64,000 bases of DNA from Octopus sinensis (taxonomy: Eukaryota), in the NCBI RefSeq assembly GCF_006345805.1, contig NC_043003.1:107570001-107634000 (forward strand), in the 5' to 3' direction. The notes below the pieces were generated by a model that did no database searches, was not told the DNA's origin, and saw only the letters and a list, made by a program, of their open reading frames with translations. A program made the translations under genes and the position numbers. Below, piece by piece: positions 13,601 to 24,900 of this stretch. Every line of letters begins with the position of its first letter. Positions within the stretch are counted from its first letter, which is position 1.

Positions 13601-13989
13601 ATTTTTTACTCTAGGCACAAGGCCCGAAATTTTGGGAGAGGGGCCAGTCGATTAGATCGACCCCAGTACGCAACTAGTTCTTAATTCATCGATCCCGAAA
13701 GAATGAAAGGCAAAATCGACCTCGGCGGAATTTGAACTCAGAACGTAGCGGCAGACAAAATACCTATTTCTTTACTACCCACAAGGGGCTAAACACAGAG
13801 GGGACAAACAAGAACAGACAAACGGATTAATTCGATTATATCGACCCCAGTGCGTAACTGGTACTTATTTAATCGACCCCGAAAGGCAAAGTCGACCTCG
13901 GCGAAATTTGAACTCAGAACGTAACGGCAGACGAAATACGGCTACGCATTTCGCCCGGCGTGCTAACGTTTCTGCCAGCTCGCCGCCGC
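13601..13989 (-). mobile_element. Dimeric family-A SINE with 14-bp TSD
   Basis: Full monomer followed by a second B-box/core unit with a different tail; CCACTTGGTTCGTT at 13587-13600 and 13990-14003. Confidence 0.88.
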
Positions 13990-14180
13990 CCACTTGGTTC
14001 GTTCTGACAAACTTATCCCATCTACTCATGATTGCATAAAACCGCCAAGTGGAATTAAAAATTAAACGTTATATTATTTAAACCCAACTCAACATACTCC
14101 CAGTTCATGACAACATTATGTTGCAGTCACAGCGGATGGGGGCTAAAATCGGCAAATTTCAAAATATTAGCAATGAATAA

Positions 14181-16265
14181 CACTAGGCAAAAAAAAAAAA
14201 AAGGCTGGTGCCTGGAATATTGAACGAATTCCTGAATGATTTTCCCTGCTAAATTCAAAAATAACTTCAGTTTTTCTCTATCAGGTCTAGTTTTCTGACT
14301 AGACCTGATAGAAAAAGTGTTTTATTCATACGAGATATATAATATGAATCAATAAGGACAGCATAATACAAAACAAAACAAAACTACAAATAAAAATTGA
14401 AAATTGAAAATGCACACTGGCAAAGGTTTTTGGTGGAAAATCCAAGGAAGAAATTTACGCTTCTTTGAGCACCGTGAATGTTGAGCAACAGGAGTATCTC
14501 GTTTTAAGCACCATCATCCCAGCCTCCCAACGTCCTTGGTACTGAGTTTCCATTTGCTCGATGTCCTGATGGAATCGTCTGCCTCGCTCATCGCTAACAT
14601 CTCCGAAATTTTCAGGAAAGTGATCAAGATGACTAAAAAGATAATACATTTTGATGCTCATATTCGCGCCAATATCAAGAAAAGTTGATATCAAATTGGT
14701 AACAAGATCTTTATAGTTTTCAATTTTCTGTTTCTCAAAAACAGTTTGCACTATTTCTGCAAAGGCTAGTCAAGCTGGTGCTTCATTTTCGCTCATCGTT
14801 TTCACGAAATGTGTGCCCTTCAAGAGTTTACGGATATGTGGTCCATCAAAAATCCTTGCTTTAAGTTTTTAAATCGTCAAGTCTGGAAATACACTGCAGA
14901 TATACTTGAAGCACTCCCCATTTTTGTCAAGAGCTTTGACAAATTACTTGATCAATCCGAGTTTGATGTGCAAGAGGAGGGGGGGGGGCAAATGATTTTA
15001 TCTCGCTCACCTAAACGTTCTTCCAATATATTGGCAGCTCTATATGGAACCATATTTGTTCGAGGCGACCAGTCTTTCGTAATATGTAAAGAAAGCATGG
15101 GTATTTGGTATAACAAGATTGCTGTCCCATGAGAGAATTCACGATCTTTAAATCAACGCTGACAACCTATTTATGACCATGATACAGTATCTTCTCTAAA
15201 ACCAACTTAATTTCTTCATATTTTCCCTTTAGAGTTGCTGAGTGGGACAGAGCCACATACATTTCCGTTCCGTAACAATACACATGTTAAACTACGCTTA
15301 GAGCTGTCTATGAAAACACGCCATTCCTCTGGTTTGTATTCTTCAATGTCAAGTTTATTCAGAACCCCACTGACATCTCTGCAGTAAACCAGCGCTTCCT
15401 CTTTTGCGAAGAAAGAAAGGAACTCTTCATGCCGTCCCGATAGCAGCTTATACGGACACCATTCTCTAGAACATTCTTCACTTTCGGTCGGGCAGCCAAC
15501 AGTTCTGCAGAATATTTTGGGAGGTCGAAGTCACGAACCTACTTGGGAGAATAGCTGAGGTAAAGTCTGAACTGAAAGGTCTTGATCTCAAGTGTCTTCT
15601 TCAGGTGATGAATCTTCTTTGGTTGAGGGAAAAGTTATCTGAGACAAGACATTGAAGACCGGTCTAATAGCAGGGGCAAGATTAGGGTAGACAAATGTTT
15701 GTCGATTTTTCCGGTTAATACCCTTCAAATTTAGGTTACAAAAATAGCAGGCGTCCACGTGATTATAGGGCTCCCGCCATATCATTGCTGTATAAAACCC
15801 CATACTTTTCCTTGTCCCTTTCGTCCATTGTCGCAAATGTTCTGTACATTGTTTGCAGACTCTATGTGGTGCCCAATATTTATCTGGGTCTTCCAGCTTG
15901 ACCCCAAAATATGCCATATACGCCCTTTCAACAAAATCAGTGATATTTTTTCGATTTTCAGGTAATGTGTATTCTCCACAAATATAATAAAACACATTTG
16001 GAGAATTAATGCAACACTTTCTTGAAGAGGACATCTTGCTCATTTTCTATTGCTTAGTTCACCACAACATCTAAAAAGTATGGAAAAGGAAAAATAAACT
16101 TAGAATTAGAATAAGGTAACGAACACTGCGTACTTACTATGGGGATGTTCAATAACTTAAAAACTAGATCTGATAGGTCAAAAAGGTTATATTTGGATAC
16201 AGGAGACCGATTTTGTATAGGAATGATATCTATTTCCTAAACACCAAAAACCTTATAGATCAGTG
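14181..16265 (-). mobile_element. Chapaev3 (CMC superfamily) DNA transposon, pseudogenised transposase
   Basis: N-terminus SRKCCINSPNVFYYICGEYT...WAPHRVCKQC...WREPYNHVDACYFC and C-terminus SIKMYYLFSHLDHFPENFGDVSDERGRRFHQDI..METQYQGRW are diagnostic. Termini CAC...GTG flanked by TAA on both sides; subterminal ACTAGA(C/T)CTGATAG motifs at both ends. Confidence 0.9.
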
Positions 16266-16599
16266 TAATCATAGGAAGTTGTTCCAACCGAATGTATAAA
16301 GGATATAGACAACTGCGTGGAGGAAACTCCGGGGTCACTTGAAGTAGCAGCGAAATATTCCTCGAATCGTATTCAACCTTCTTAAGTATGGACACAGTGA
16401 ACATTGGTTTCAAATTTTGGCACAAAGCCACTAATTTCAGGGGAGGGGTAAGTCGATTACATCGACTCCAACTGCTCAACTGCTACTTATTTTATCGACC
16501 CCGAAAACATGAAAGGCAAAGTCAACCCCGGTGGAATTTGAACTCAGAACGTAAAGACGAACGAAATGCCGCTAATCTTTATAAAGAAGTGCCGATCTC

Positions 16600-17635
16600 T
16601 GAAAGTGGACGGTGCCCGTGGAAGATGGAAACCCAGGAAGACATGGGATGAAGTGGTGAGAACCGATCTCAGGTAGTTGACAATGGATTGAGATGTCTGA
16701 TGATATGAGGTTCTTGAGAAGACCCGCCCATGTCAGCCGAACTAAGTTCTAGAAGTGCTGTGTTCCACCCACACGTAACAATAAAACTTTCCACACATCT
16801 TACATGCACTAGGCTTATCTCTCACGGCCCTGCCCACTGTATCATTGCTGTCCCGTAGTCCCCCACCCGCTCCATATACCCAGATTTTCACCAGTCACTA
16901 TACTACTCTTGGCCCTTATGCTTCTTTGGTAATACCCTGCCACTTACATTAAGACTTCCATACCTTGAGCATTTGCCGCCATCTATCTCTCCCTCCATTT
17001 ACTCTACCATCCCATTTATATTCTGATCTGCGTTCCTTGTGAGTATACCCTAGCATTTCGCCACCATGTTTCTCTTGCTATCTCCCACTCTCTCTTTCTC
17101 TTCCCTCAGGTTGGATCGCCATGTATCCCCTTTATACCTATTTTTGCCCTCATTCTTGATCCCTCTTTGTCCGGGTAACCATGTACCTCTTCTACAATAA
17201 GACACTTACTTCTACCTCTTTGTCTCTCCGTCACACTCGAACCTTTCATCGTCTGACACAAAATCACCTCCTCCAATTCCCCCTCTCCTCTCAAAGGATC
17301 TTTGTCTTCCTCTTCCAATGCCCTCTCTTCTCTCAAATGATCTTTGTCTTGCAAGTTACTTGGTGACCCTGCCAGTGTTGGTGCCACGCAAAAAGCATCC
17401 AGTCCACAGTGTAAAGTGGTTGGCGTTTGGAAGGGTATCCAGCTGTAAAAACCATGTCAAAACTGACTTCTCCTGTGCCACGTAAAAAGCACTCAGTCCA
17501 CTCTGCTGGGTGGAGGGTATCTAGCAGTAAAAACCGTGTCAAAACAGATAAATCTGGTGTAGGCCAGTTTCTGTCAAACTGTCCAACCCATGCCAGCATG
17601 GAAAGCGGACGTTAAACGATGATGATGATGTTTTA
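16600..17635 (+). mobile_element. RTE LINE 3' end/UTR-derived repeat with (GAT)n tail
   Basis: GR.KPRKTWDEVVRTDL near 16615-16670; tail TGGTTGGCGTT..GAAGGG.ATCCAGCTGTA...GCATGGAAAGCGGACGTTAAACGATGATG shared with 22805-23160 and 28380-28708. Confidence 0.65.
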
Positions 17636-17709
17636 TGCATTCTCATGCAATATAGCTGCATGTCGAGACATGCGCATATATACGTAAATGGTAAACTTCT
17701 AGAAAATAT

Positions 17710-18420
17710 TAGGAATTTTTAGTTGCAGTAATGGTCTGGATTTGTAGTCTTTGAATCAGCTTTCTTTCTGGTTTTGAGAAGTCCAATTCCCCAAGATTGA
17801 CGCTTAGACAGTTTGTTACATATCCCAGTGCCCCAATAATTAGAGGTATAAACTTGAACTTGTTATTCAGGTATAGTAACTGCAAATTCCTCAATAATTC
17901 AGCGTAGTTTTTTGGTTTTTTTTTACTGATTTTTAGCTTTATGTTAACATCCTTTGAGTAGCTGATTTCCACTACCGTACACATTTTCTCTTCTCCATCC
18001 CATATGACTATGGTTTATTATATTTACATTTTATTGAGGATTTCACTGGGACATTCCACTAGTATTCTTTCAGATCATGAGTGGATATTGCCTCTCCCAT
18101 ACTGTGGGTTCTTATGTGTTTGGCTTCAGTATTATCCTTCCGATGGATCTCATTATAGAGTGTCTTTGCTACAATAGTGTCTCATCGGTAGATAATACAG
18201 CGACAGCATTTCTGGACAACTGCTTATGATGTGGGTGATATCTTTGGTGTTAACTCCACAAAGTCTGCATCAGTTATCACATTTTGATGTTTTTTTTTTG
18301 CATCTCTGTCCCTTTTATGCATCAGGTATTTGGTTCATATTTCCTGTCCCTGGATTGAAAGCGCAAACCTTTCAAAGTGAGTTAGTAATCCCGCTATAAA
18401 TACTAAAAGTTCCACTCTTT
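17710..18420 (-). mobile_element. Non-LTR retrotransposon C-terminal fragment with CCHC finger and restriction-like endonuclease (R4/HERO/NeSL-like)
   Basis: Minus-strand reading IQGQEI.TKYL..RD...CRLCGVNTKDITHIISSCP..RH..VA, then WWNVPVK and CTVVEISYSKDVN...FIPLIIGALG (PD..D/E.K-type RLE region). Confidence 0.8.
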
Positions 18421-19017
18421 TTCGAATCTTTAAAATCAGAGTTTAAAATAGACAATCCGAAGTTTTTGCATAAATCATAGAAATGGACTACCTTTGGATG
18501 CATTATCATTCCATCAAATGTGTTTATGGCGTGAAAAATATTGAAAACCATCGATACATGTCAGTGACTAAGAAACGAGGAAGGTCTCAGATGGTCATAT
18601 GATGTGCTAAAAACAACAGCTAAGTCACCCTTAAATCTTACATATTTTTTTTACATAATTGTACGAATTCCCATGTGTAGAATACAAATTCGCCAAAATA
18701 AAAAAGGTTACGAGTTATATGGGGTGCTTGAAGCAGAATTCCGCCCCAACAAATAATACTAAAAAATCATATCCTTCACTGAGATTGGGGACCAAAATTA
18801 CTAATCTAAAATATTACTACTAATAGTGGAAGTATAATTGTTTCTACTTTCATTAGACGTAAGTCTAATAGTTTCAAGAAATTTGAAGAAGTGACAGCAC
18901 TGATCATTAGACATGTATTTAATTGAGAACATTAGGAATTCGAAACGCATCGCTAAGATAAGCTAAAGGGTGAGGGGTACTGTGGCCATCTTTCGGTACG
19001 AGTATCATAACTGCCAC

Positions 19018-19363
19018 GTGCGTTTGTTTACATTTGAAGAAGATCGTCACTCTCCGTAAAGTTTTTTTTATATATATATGGGGGATTAGGGTTAGGGTTA
19101 GGGGTGGGAGAAAAGGGTTTCTTTTTTTCTTCAGAAATGTAAACAAACTCACGCAGTGGTCCCGGTACGCGCAGTCGAGTATCCGCGCTAGCTAATCGTA
19201 AGTAGTCGATCCTACAACGACTACCTAGCAAAGTAAATAAAACACAAAATAAATAATTTTTTTACACAAAGTGAATAACTTTTTAAACAAAATAACACAA
19301 AGTAAGGATCGACTAGTCATGACTAGCTGGCGCGGATGCGTGAGTACGCGCACCGGGACCACT
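19018..19363. repeat. Two adjacent MITE-like inverted-repeat structures upstream of RPS10; the first contains (TTAGGG)3
   Basis: IR1 arms 19018-19042 / ~19128-19155; TTAGGG x3 at 19086-19103; IR2 arms 19155-19215 / 19302-19363 (GC-rich, imperfect). Confidence 0.7.
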
Positions 19364-19469
19364 CTTCTCAAGTACTGCTTATATGTAATATACAAAAAGA
19401 CGAGATGGTCACACCTGGAATGCAATAGAACTCTCCTTAACAATAAAGTCTAAGAGTTACTGATCTTGA

Positions 19470-19514
19470 CTTCCCTTTTCTTCCGGTTTGTGCGGTTCTA
19501 ACGTGTATTACTAG
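19470..19514 (+). promoter_or_regulatory. RPS10: RPS10 putative non-coding exon 1a with 5'-TOP tract
   Basis: CTTCCCTTTTCTTCCGG pyrimidine tract, then donor AG|GTAAGT at 19515; ribosomal protein mRNAs typically start with a TOP. Confidence 0.7.
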
Positions 19515-19693
19515 GTAAGTTCCTCTTGAAATGAATCTGTTTGTACTTTATGCTCATCCAAGACAAAATTTTATTAATGAAATTTTATTCTATTTCTGTT
19601 TCGCTCAGAAAAAAAACAAAAAAACGATTTTGTTCTTTAATGAATCCAATTTGTATTGAGTTATCTTTCCTTACATTCTCTGCGGCCGTTAAA

Positions 19694-19731
19694 CTTCCTT
19701 TCCGGTTTGTAATCTCTTACTGACAGCACAA
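19694..19731 (+). promoter_or_regulatory. RPS10: RPS10 putative alternative non-coding exon 1b with 5'-TOP tract
   Basis: CTTCCTTTCCGGTTTGT followed by donor AA|GTAAGT at 19732. Confidence 0.6.
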
Positions 19732-20840
19732 GTAAGTTTGCTTTCCACCTTTATCTATTTAATTATGTTTTTAAAAATGTTCATCGAGCTTTCATTATGC
19801 TTTAGATATTTAATTTAATTCTTTCTCTATCGTTTGTATGAGTTTTTGATTCATTTAGAATGTTTATTTAGCATTTATATTCAATAGTTTATCATCGATT
19901 ATGTTATACTATATATAATCCGTGTTCTTTTTTTTGCTAAAATGGGTCTTAGATATTTTCTATATTTTACTGCTTTTATATTTCATTACATGTTCAGTTT
20001 TATTAGTCAGCATTGATTGTAAATCACTGATCTCTTCAGAATAATTGTTATTCGGAGAAATCTGTCCACACGTGTCTTCTCTCGAAATAAAGTTATTTCG
20101 CATTCTAATTATAGAACTAATTGCATCACTCTTAATTAATTACGGTAAAAGTTAACGGTTATTCTACCAATTAGAAGTAATTATTTCTTTTTAAAATTCA
20201 TTTTATCAACATTATTAAAAACTCGACGAATTTGAAAGTTAACTCTGCTATTTTTCCTGTTTCCTGAGAAATTAAGGCTCAAAGTCAATTAATGAGAAAC
20301 TTAAAATATTAACCGTTAAAAGCGACTTTTTTGCTGTGAATTTTCCTTCAATTCTCGATCGAAATGAAGAAAATAATAAAAACCTGGTTGAAGGAGAGAT
20401 TCTTTTGGCTCTTAACAAAGAATTATCAACTTCTTATGTTTGCTCGTCTTTGGTTTCGTTTTCGGTATTTGAAGTAAACTTGTGATATTTTAATACTTCA
20501 CTCACTTTTAATCGGAATTTCGCCAAATTAAGAAAAAGTGCTTTTGAGTGTTATATTAAATTCTTCAAATAGCTTTGTAATGTTTTAATAATTCAAACGG
20601 ATTCTATTTGAATGGTTGATTAGCAACTTTACTGTTAAAAATCGTTGTTCTATTAAAATCCCTGGTTTCCTTTAGGTTCTTCACAATCTCTCCCACATTT
20701 CCCAGAAACTAAGAAGTTTTTAGAATTATTAATATAAATATAAGTTGTTGAATGTTTCTTTTTCATCTCATTTCATGGAAAGAATTTTTTTTTGTTTCAA
20801 CTCGATTCTTAATTCATTTTTTTCGTCTTCCTTTTACAGG

Positions 20841-20981
20841 ATGTTGATGCCCAAAAAGAACCGCGTTGCCATTTATGAACACCTCTTCAAGGAGGGTGTG
20901 ATGGTAGCCAGAAAAGACTTCACTGGTGTGAAGCATCCAGAAATTGATGTTTGTAATATCCATGTAATTAAAGCTCTACAG
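20841..20981 (+). CDS. RPS10: 40S ribosomal protein eS10, coding exon 1 ([26 protein letters not shown]...IKALQ)
   Basis: Conserved eS10 N-terminus; acceptor TTTTACAG|G ATG; donor GTTAG at 20982, phase 0. Confidence 0.97.
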
Positions 20982-21173
20982 GTTAGAATATCCATTTATT
21001 TTCTTATGTTCTCATTATTCTGCTTGTTACTGTGGAAACGCATGAATGATTCTATGGCTAAATTACCCAAAATTTTCAAACTAATTGCTCATAACTCTTT
21101 ATTGATTTGTATATAGCGGAAATGATTTCAATATCATTTATTAGCCTATAAAAGTGGGTCATTATAAAAACCC

Positions 21174-21606
21174 AGCCTGGGGGTGTTAAGTGCACGGAAA
21201 ACGAATATGAAAAAAGAAATGCGCGCTGACGGCCCTGGGGTGGGGATTACGATTCTGAAAAACGTTTGTTTGTAAAATTTCAATTTTTCAACAAGAAAAA
21301 TATATACCCTCAGGCCTTCAAGCCGGCTATCCACATGCTAGAAATAACAGCCAAATTTCAAAAAACTGCGATAATGAAATTTCGAAAATACGATTTTTGA
21401 AAATTCTTTTTTCAGAATCGGTTCTTCCATAACCAAAAACGTGGGATTCCGTAAAAAAAAAAATCAATATATATCCATTTTACCCGAATTTATGACGAGA
21501 AAATCGGATCTTATGAATTTTCCTAAAGACCCCCCCCCCCGAATCATCAGCGCGCATTTTTTTTTTCATATTCGTTTTCCACACACTTGTTAACACACCC
21601 CAGGCT
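21174..21606. mobile_element. MITE in RPS10 intron
   Basis: About 55-bp imperfect TIRs AGCCTGGGGGTGTTAAG...AATGCGCGCTGA / TCAGCGCGCATT...CACCCCAGGCT; no ORF. Confidence 0.75.
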
Positions 21607-21961
21607 AGTTATTTATTTTTTTTATGTGCCCGGTGAGGATCTTTATATTGACATACAAATATATCATTACACTGAATATGAAATCAGCTTGAACAGAATT
21701 GGTGCTGGCAGTCAAACCGAATAAATCCAAATTTTGTATTAGCCCTAGTAATAAGGAATGTTATGAAATTTCGGAGACCTAATATAAAATGACTGGAAGT
21801 AACTGTTAATAACAAACTCACTAGGTTATCTAACCATGTAAAGCAGGTGTGTTTATATATATATCATGCTAGCATGGAAAACGGACGCTAAACGATGATG
21901 ATGATATTAAGAACAAACTTAGAAATGGATGCGTGCGTTCTGTCATGTAATAACAAATTAA

Positions 21962-22200
21962 TAAATAAAACATGCATATATACATACATATATGTACGTA
22001 CCTACCTCTACATGTATATATACATGCATATATGGGTACAGGACACCAAAAAAAAAACCGTCAAACACAATGAAAAACAAAAACATAAACACAAAACCAA
22101 GGAACTGGACATTTTTCTTAAACAACGAAAAAATAGAGTACAGGACAAATAACACAAGGAAGATTCCCCTTCTTCAGTCGCCATGGTTTCATCTACTCTG
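21962..22200 (-). mobile_element. Penelope-like terminal-repeat remnant; second copy at 56290-56530 in opposite orientation
   Basis: The two ~230 bp segments are near-identical reverse complements; GGCGACTGAA(G/A)AAGGG motif. Confidence 0.6.
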
Positions 22201-22804
22201 CGTTTTGAAGGTGAAAGCGAGATGCAACTTCGACTGAAATATTCCTTCCTGCGAAAAGCAAATTAAATAAAATTTGAGATTTTTTTGCGGAGGGGTAAAA
22301 ATGGTAACAAAAACAGGACAGTAACGACAGTACAAAATATAAACAGTAAAAGACAGGACAAGGTGAATAACAAGACAAGAAGGGCTGTTAAGCCAAATGA
22401 GATAAAGTATTACGAACGCTATTTTTGAGATCGGCAAAGGAGCAACAGAAAATGCCGTCTACACTCAAGGTCAGAAAAGACTAGTTTCCTCATCGCTGAC
22501 CAGCGACGGGACAGGGGAGGAGAAAGGGAAGGGGAGAGAAGAAAGAGGAATGGTTGTAGAGAAAATCAGAAAGAAAGAGAGGGAGGGAGAGGCAGTAAGG
22601 TAGAAGAAAAGGAAACCAGAAAGAAGAAAGGGTTAAGAGTGCACATCAGTAGTAATATTAAGAACAAACTTACTTAGAAATGGATGCGGGCGTTCTGTCA
22701 TGTAATAACAAATTAATAAATATGTATTCATACATATTTTAGAAGTATTGGGGGTGATGTACAGATTTAATACATATGAAAGAAAAAGATGTTCAGAATG
22801 CTGG

Positions 22805-24012
22805 ATCATCATCATCATTTAGCGTCCGTTTTCCATGCTAGCATGGGTTGGACGGTTCAACTGGGGTCTGAAGCCAGAAGGCTGCATCAGGCCCAGTCTG
22901 ATCTGGAAGTGTTTCTACGGCTGGATGCCCTTCCTAAAGCCAACCACTCCGCGAGTGTAGTGGGTGCTTTTTACGTGCCAGACAATGCTGGCAAACGGCC
23001 ACGAACGGATGGTGCTTTTTACGTGTCATCGGCACGGAGGCCAGGCGGGGCGGGGCTGGCAACGGCCACAATCGGATGGTTCGCTTACTTGTCACCGGCA
23101 CTAGTATCACAGTCGCAATTTCTATTGATGTTGATCGACTTCGATTTTGGTTCTGCTTTCTGATATCTGATTTGATTTTGATTTTTTGATTTTCACTTGC
23201 CTCAACGGGTCTTCACAAGTGGAGTTTTGTGTCCCAAGGAGGAAAGGTATGTATAAGTCGACTGGCTACATACCAGGTAGAGGCCATGGGTTATGGTCTC
23301 ACTAATCTTGCCGGGTCTTCTCACGCACAGCATACTTCCATAGGTCTCGGTCTCTAGTCATTTCCTTGGTCAGACCTAAAGTTCGAAGGTCGTGCTTCAC
23401 CACCTCGTCCCAGGTTTTCCTGGGTCTACCTCTCCCACAGGTTCCCTCAACTGCTAGGATATGGCACTTTTGCACACAACTATCTTCAGCCATTCTCGTC
23501 ACATGACCATACCAGCGCAAACGTCTCTTGCACACCACAACTGATGCTTCTTAGGTTCAACTTTTCTCTCAAGGTACTTACACTCTGTCGATTATGAACA
23601 CTGACATTTCACATCCATCGGAGCATACTGGCTTCATTTCTTGTGAGCTTACGCATATCCTCAGCAGTCACAGCCCATGTTTCACTACCATGTAGCATGG
23701 CTGTATGTACACATGCGTCATACAGTCTGCCTTTTACTCTGAGCGAGAGGCCTTTTGTCACCAGCAGAGGTAAGAGCTCTCTGAACTTTGCCCAGGCTAT
23801 TCTTACTCTAGCAGTTACACTTTCAGCACACCCACCCCCGCTACTGACTTGGTCACCTAGGTAGCGGAAGCTATCAACTACTTCTAGTTTTTCTCCCTGG
23901 AACGTGGTAGAAGTTGGTCTTTGCACATTTCCAGTGTTTATTGCTCCTGAGCATCTGCCACAGACAAAAACTATTTTCCTAGTTAGTCTTCCTTTGACAT
24001 TGCTGCACCTCT
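22805..24012 (-). mobile_element. 5'-truncated RTE LINE with long 3'UTR and (GAT)n tail in RPS10 intron
   Basis: EKLEVVDSFRYLGD...ARVRIAWAKFRELLPLL...YDACV.TAMLHGSETW; RRLRWYGHV.RM; GRGRPRKTW. Confidence 0.92.
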
Positions 24013-24172
24013 GGATGGTTGTAAAAATATATATTTATTTACATATCACATTATTTCTTCATATTAGGGCTTTCATCGACTGTAGTTTCATCAGAAGAAA
24101 CTACAGTAGTTGAAGGCGCTAATATAAAGAAATATGTGATATGTAAATAAATATATATTTTTACAACCATCC
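24013..24172. repeat. 160-bp fold-back palindrome with hammerhead-like centre
   Basis: GGATGGTTGTAAAAATATATATTTATTTACATATCACA ... TGTGATATGTAAATAAATATATATTTTTACAACCATCC; the minus strand carries CTGATGA...GAAAGC near the centre. Confidence 0.85.
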
Positions 24173-24258
24173 GGCATTCTGAAGCTCTTTTTCTTTTATA
24201 TATATATCTATATGCTATTTTGTCTCTTGTGACTCTAGTTTTCAATTTCTTTGTTTAG

Positions 24259-24436
24259 TCCCTCAAGTCTCGTGCTTACGTGACAGAGCAGTTTGCTTGG
24301 AGGCATTATTATTGGTACTTAACCAATGATGGTATCCAATACCTTAGAGATTTCCTCCACCTGCCATCTGAAATTGTGCCTGCCACACTGAAGAGGCAGA
24401 CCCGCACAGAAGCAGTTCGTGGACCAAGACCAAAGG
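24259..24436 (+). CDS. RPS10: eS10 coding exon 2 ([46 protein letters not shown]...PRPK)
   Basis: Diagnostic eS10 core; TTTAG acceptor, GTAAG donor, phase 1. Confidence 0.97.
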
Positions 24437-24775
24437 GTAAGCATTTTTCGTCCTCTTCAGTTTAAAGAAATGGCACTGTAGTAGTGTGTAACTTTATATT
24501 TGCTATTACTGTAATGCATACACAGAAATGCTCAAATTTTCAAGTTTGAGGCAAGTAACTGGATTATTTGCACTTTGCTTGAGGTATGTGGTAAGTGATA
24601 TCCTTTTATGTTGCTTGTAACTAGAAATTGCTTCTTGTTCTAGCACTGACTTTTGTCATTGAAAATTTTTATTGAATTGTCTGACTGCATAGAATTGTAT
24701 GAGACGAGTGAATGATGGTGGTTCACTTCTAAAATAGCTTTTAGTGGTGAACTCTGGCTTTTCATCCCTCTGAGG

Positions 24776-24900
24776 CAGTGGTTCCCAAACTTTTTCGGGC
24801 TGCTGCCCCCTCGACACCCAGGCCACATTCCTAGCGCCCCCACCCCGACTATCTATCAGACACATAAACCTCTTTCTGCAGCAAATTCAAAGCATCTGTA
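24776..24900. mobile_element. hAT (Charlie-like) MITE end
   Basis: CAGTGGTTCCCAAACTTTTT terminal motif; the partner end was not found. Confidence 0.45.

Noticed and set aside
20745-21116. 123-aa ORF as the RPS10 protein
   Set aside because: It runs through intron sequence on both sides; the true exon is 20840-20981, defined by splice signals and homology.
24706-24776. Second C/D snoRNA (ATGATGG...CTGA)
   Set aside because: Box C is imperfect, there is no terminal stem and no recognisable rRNA or snRNA complement.
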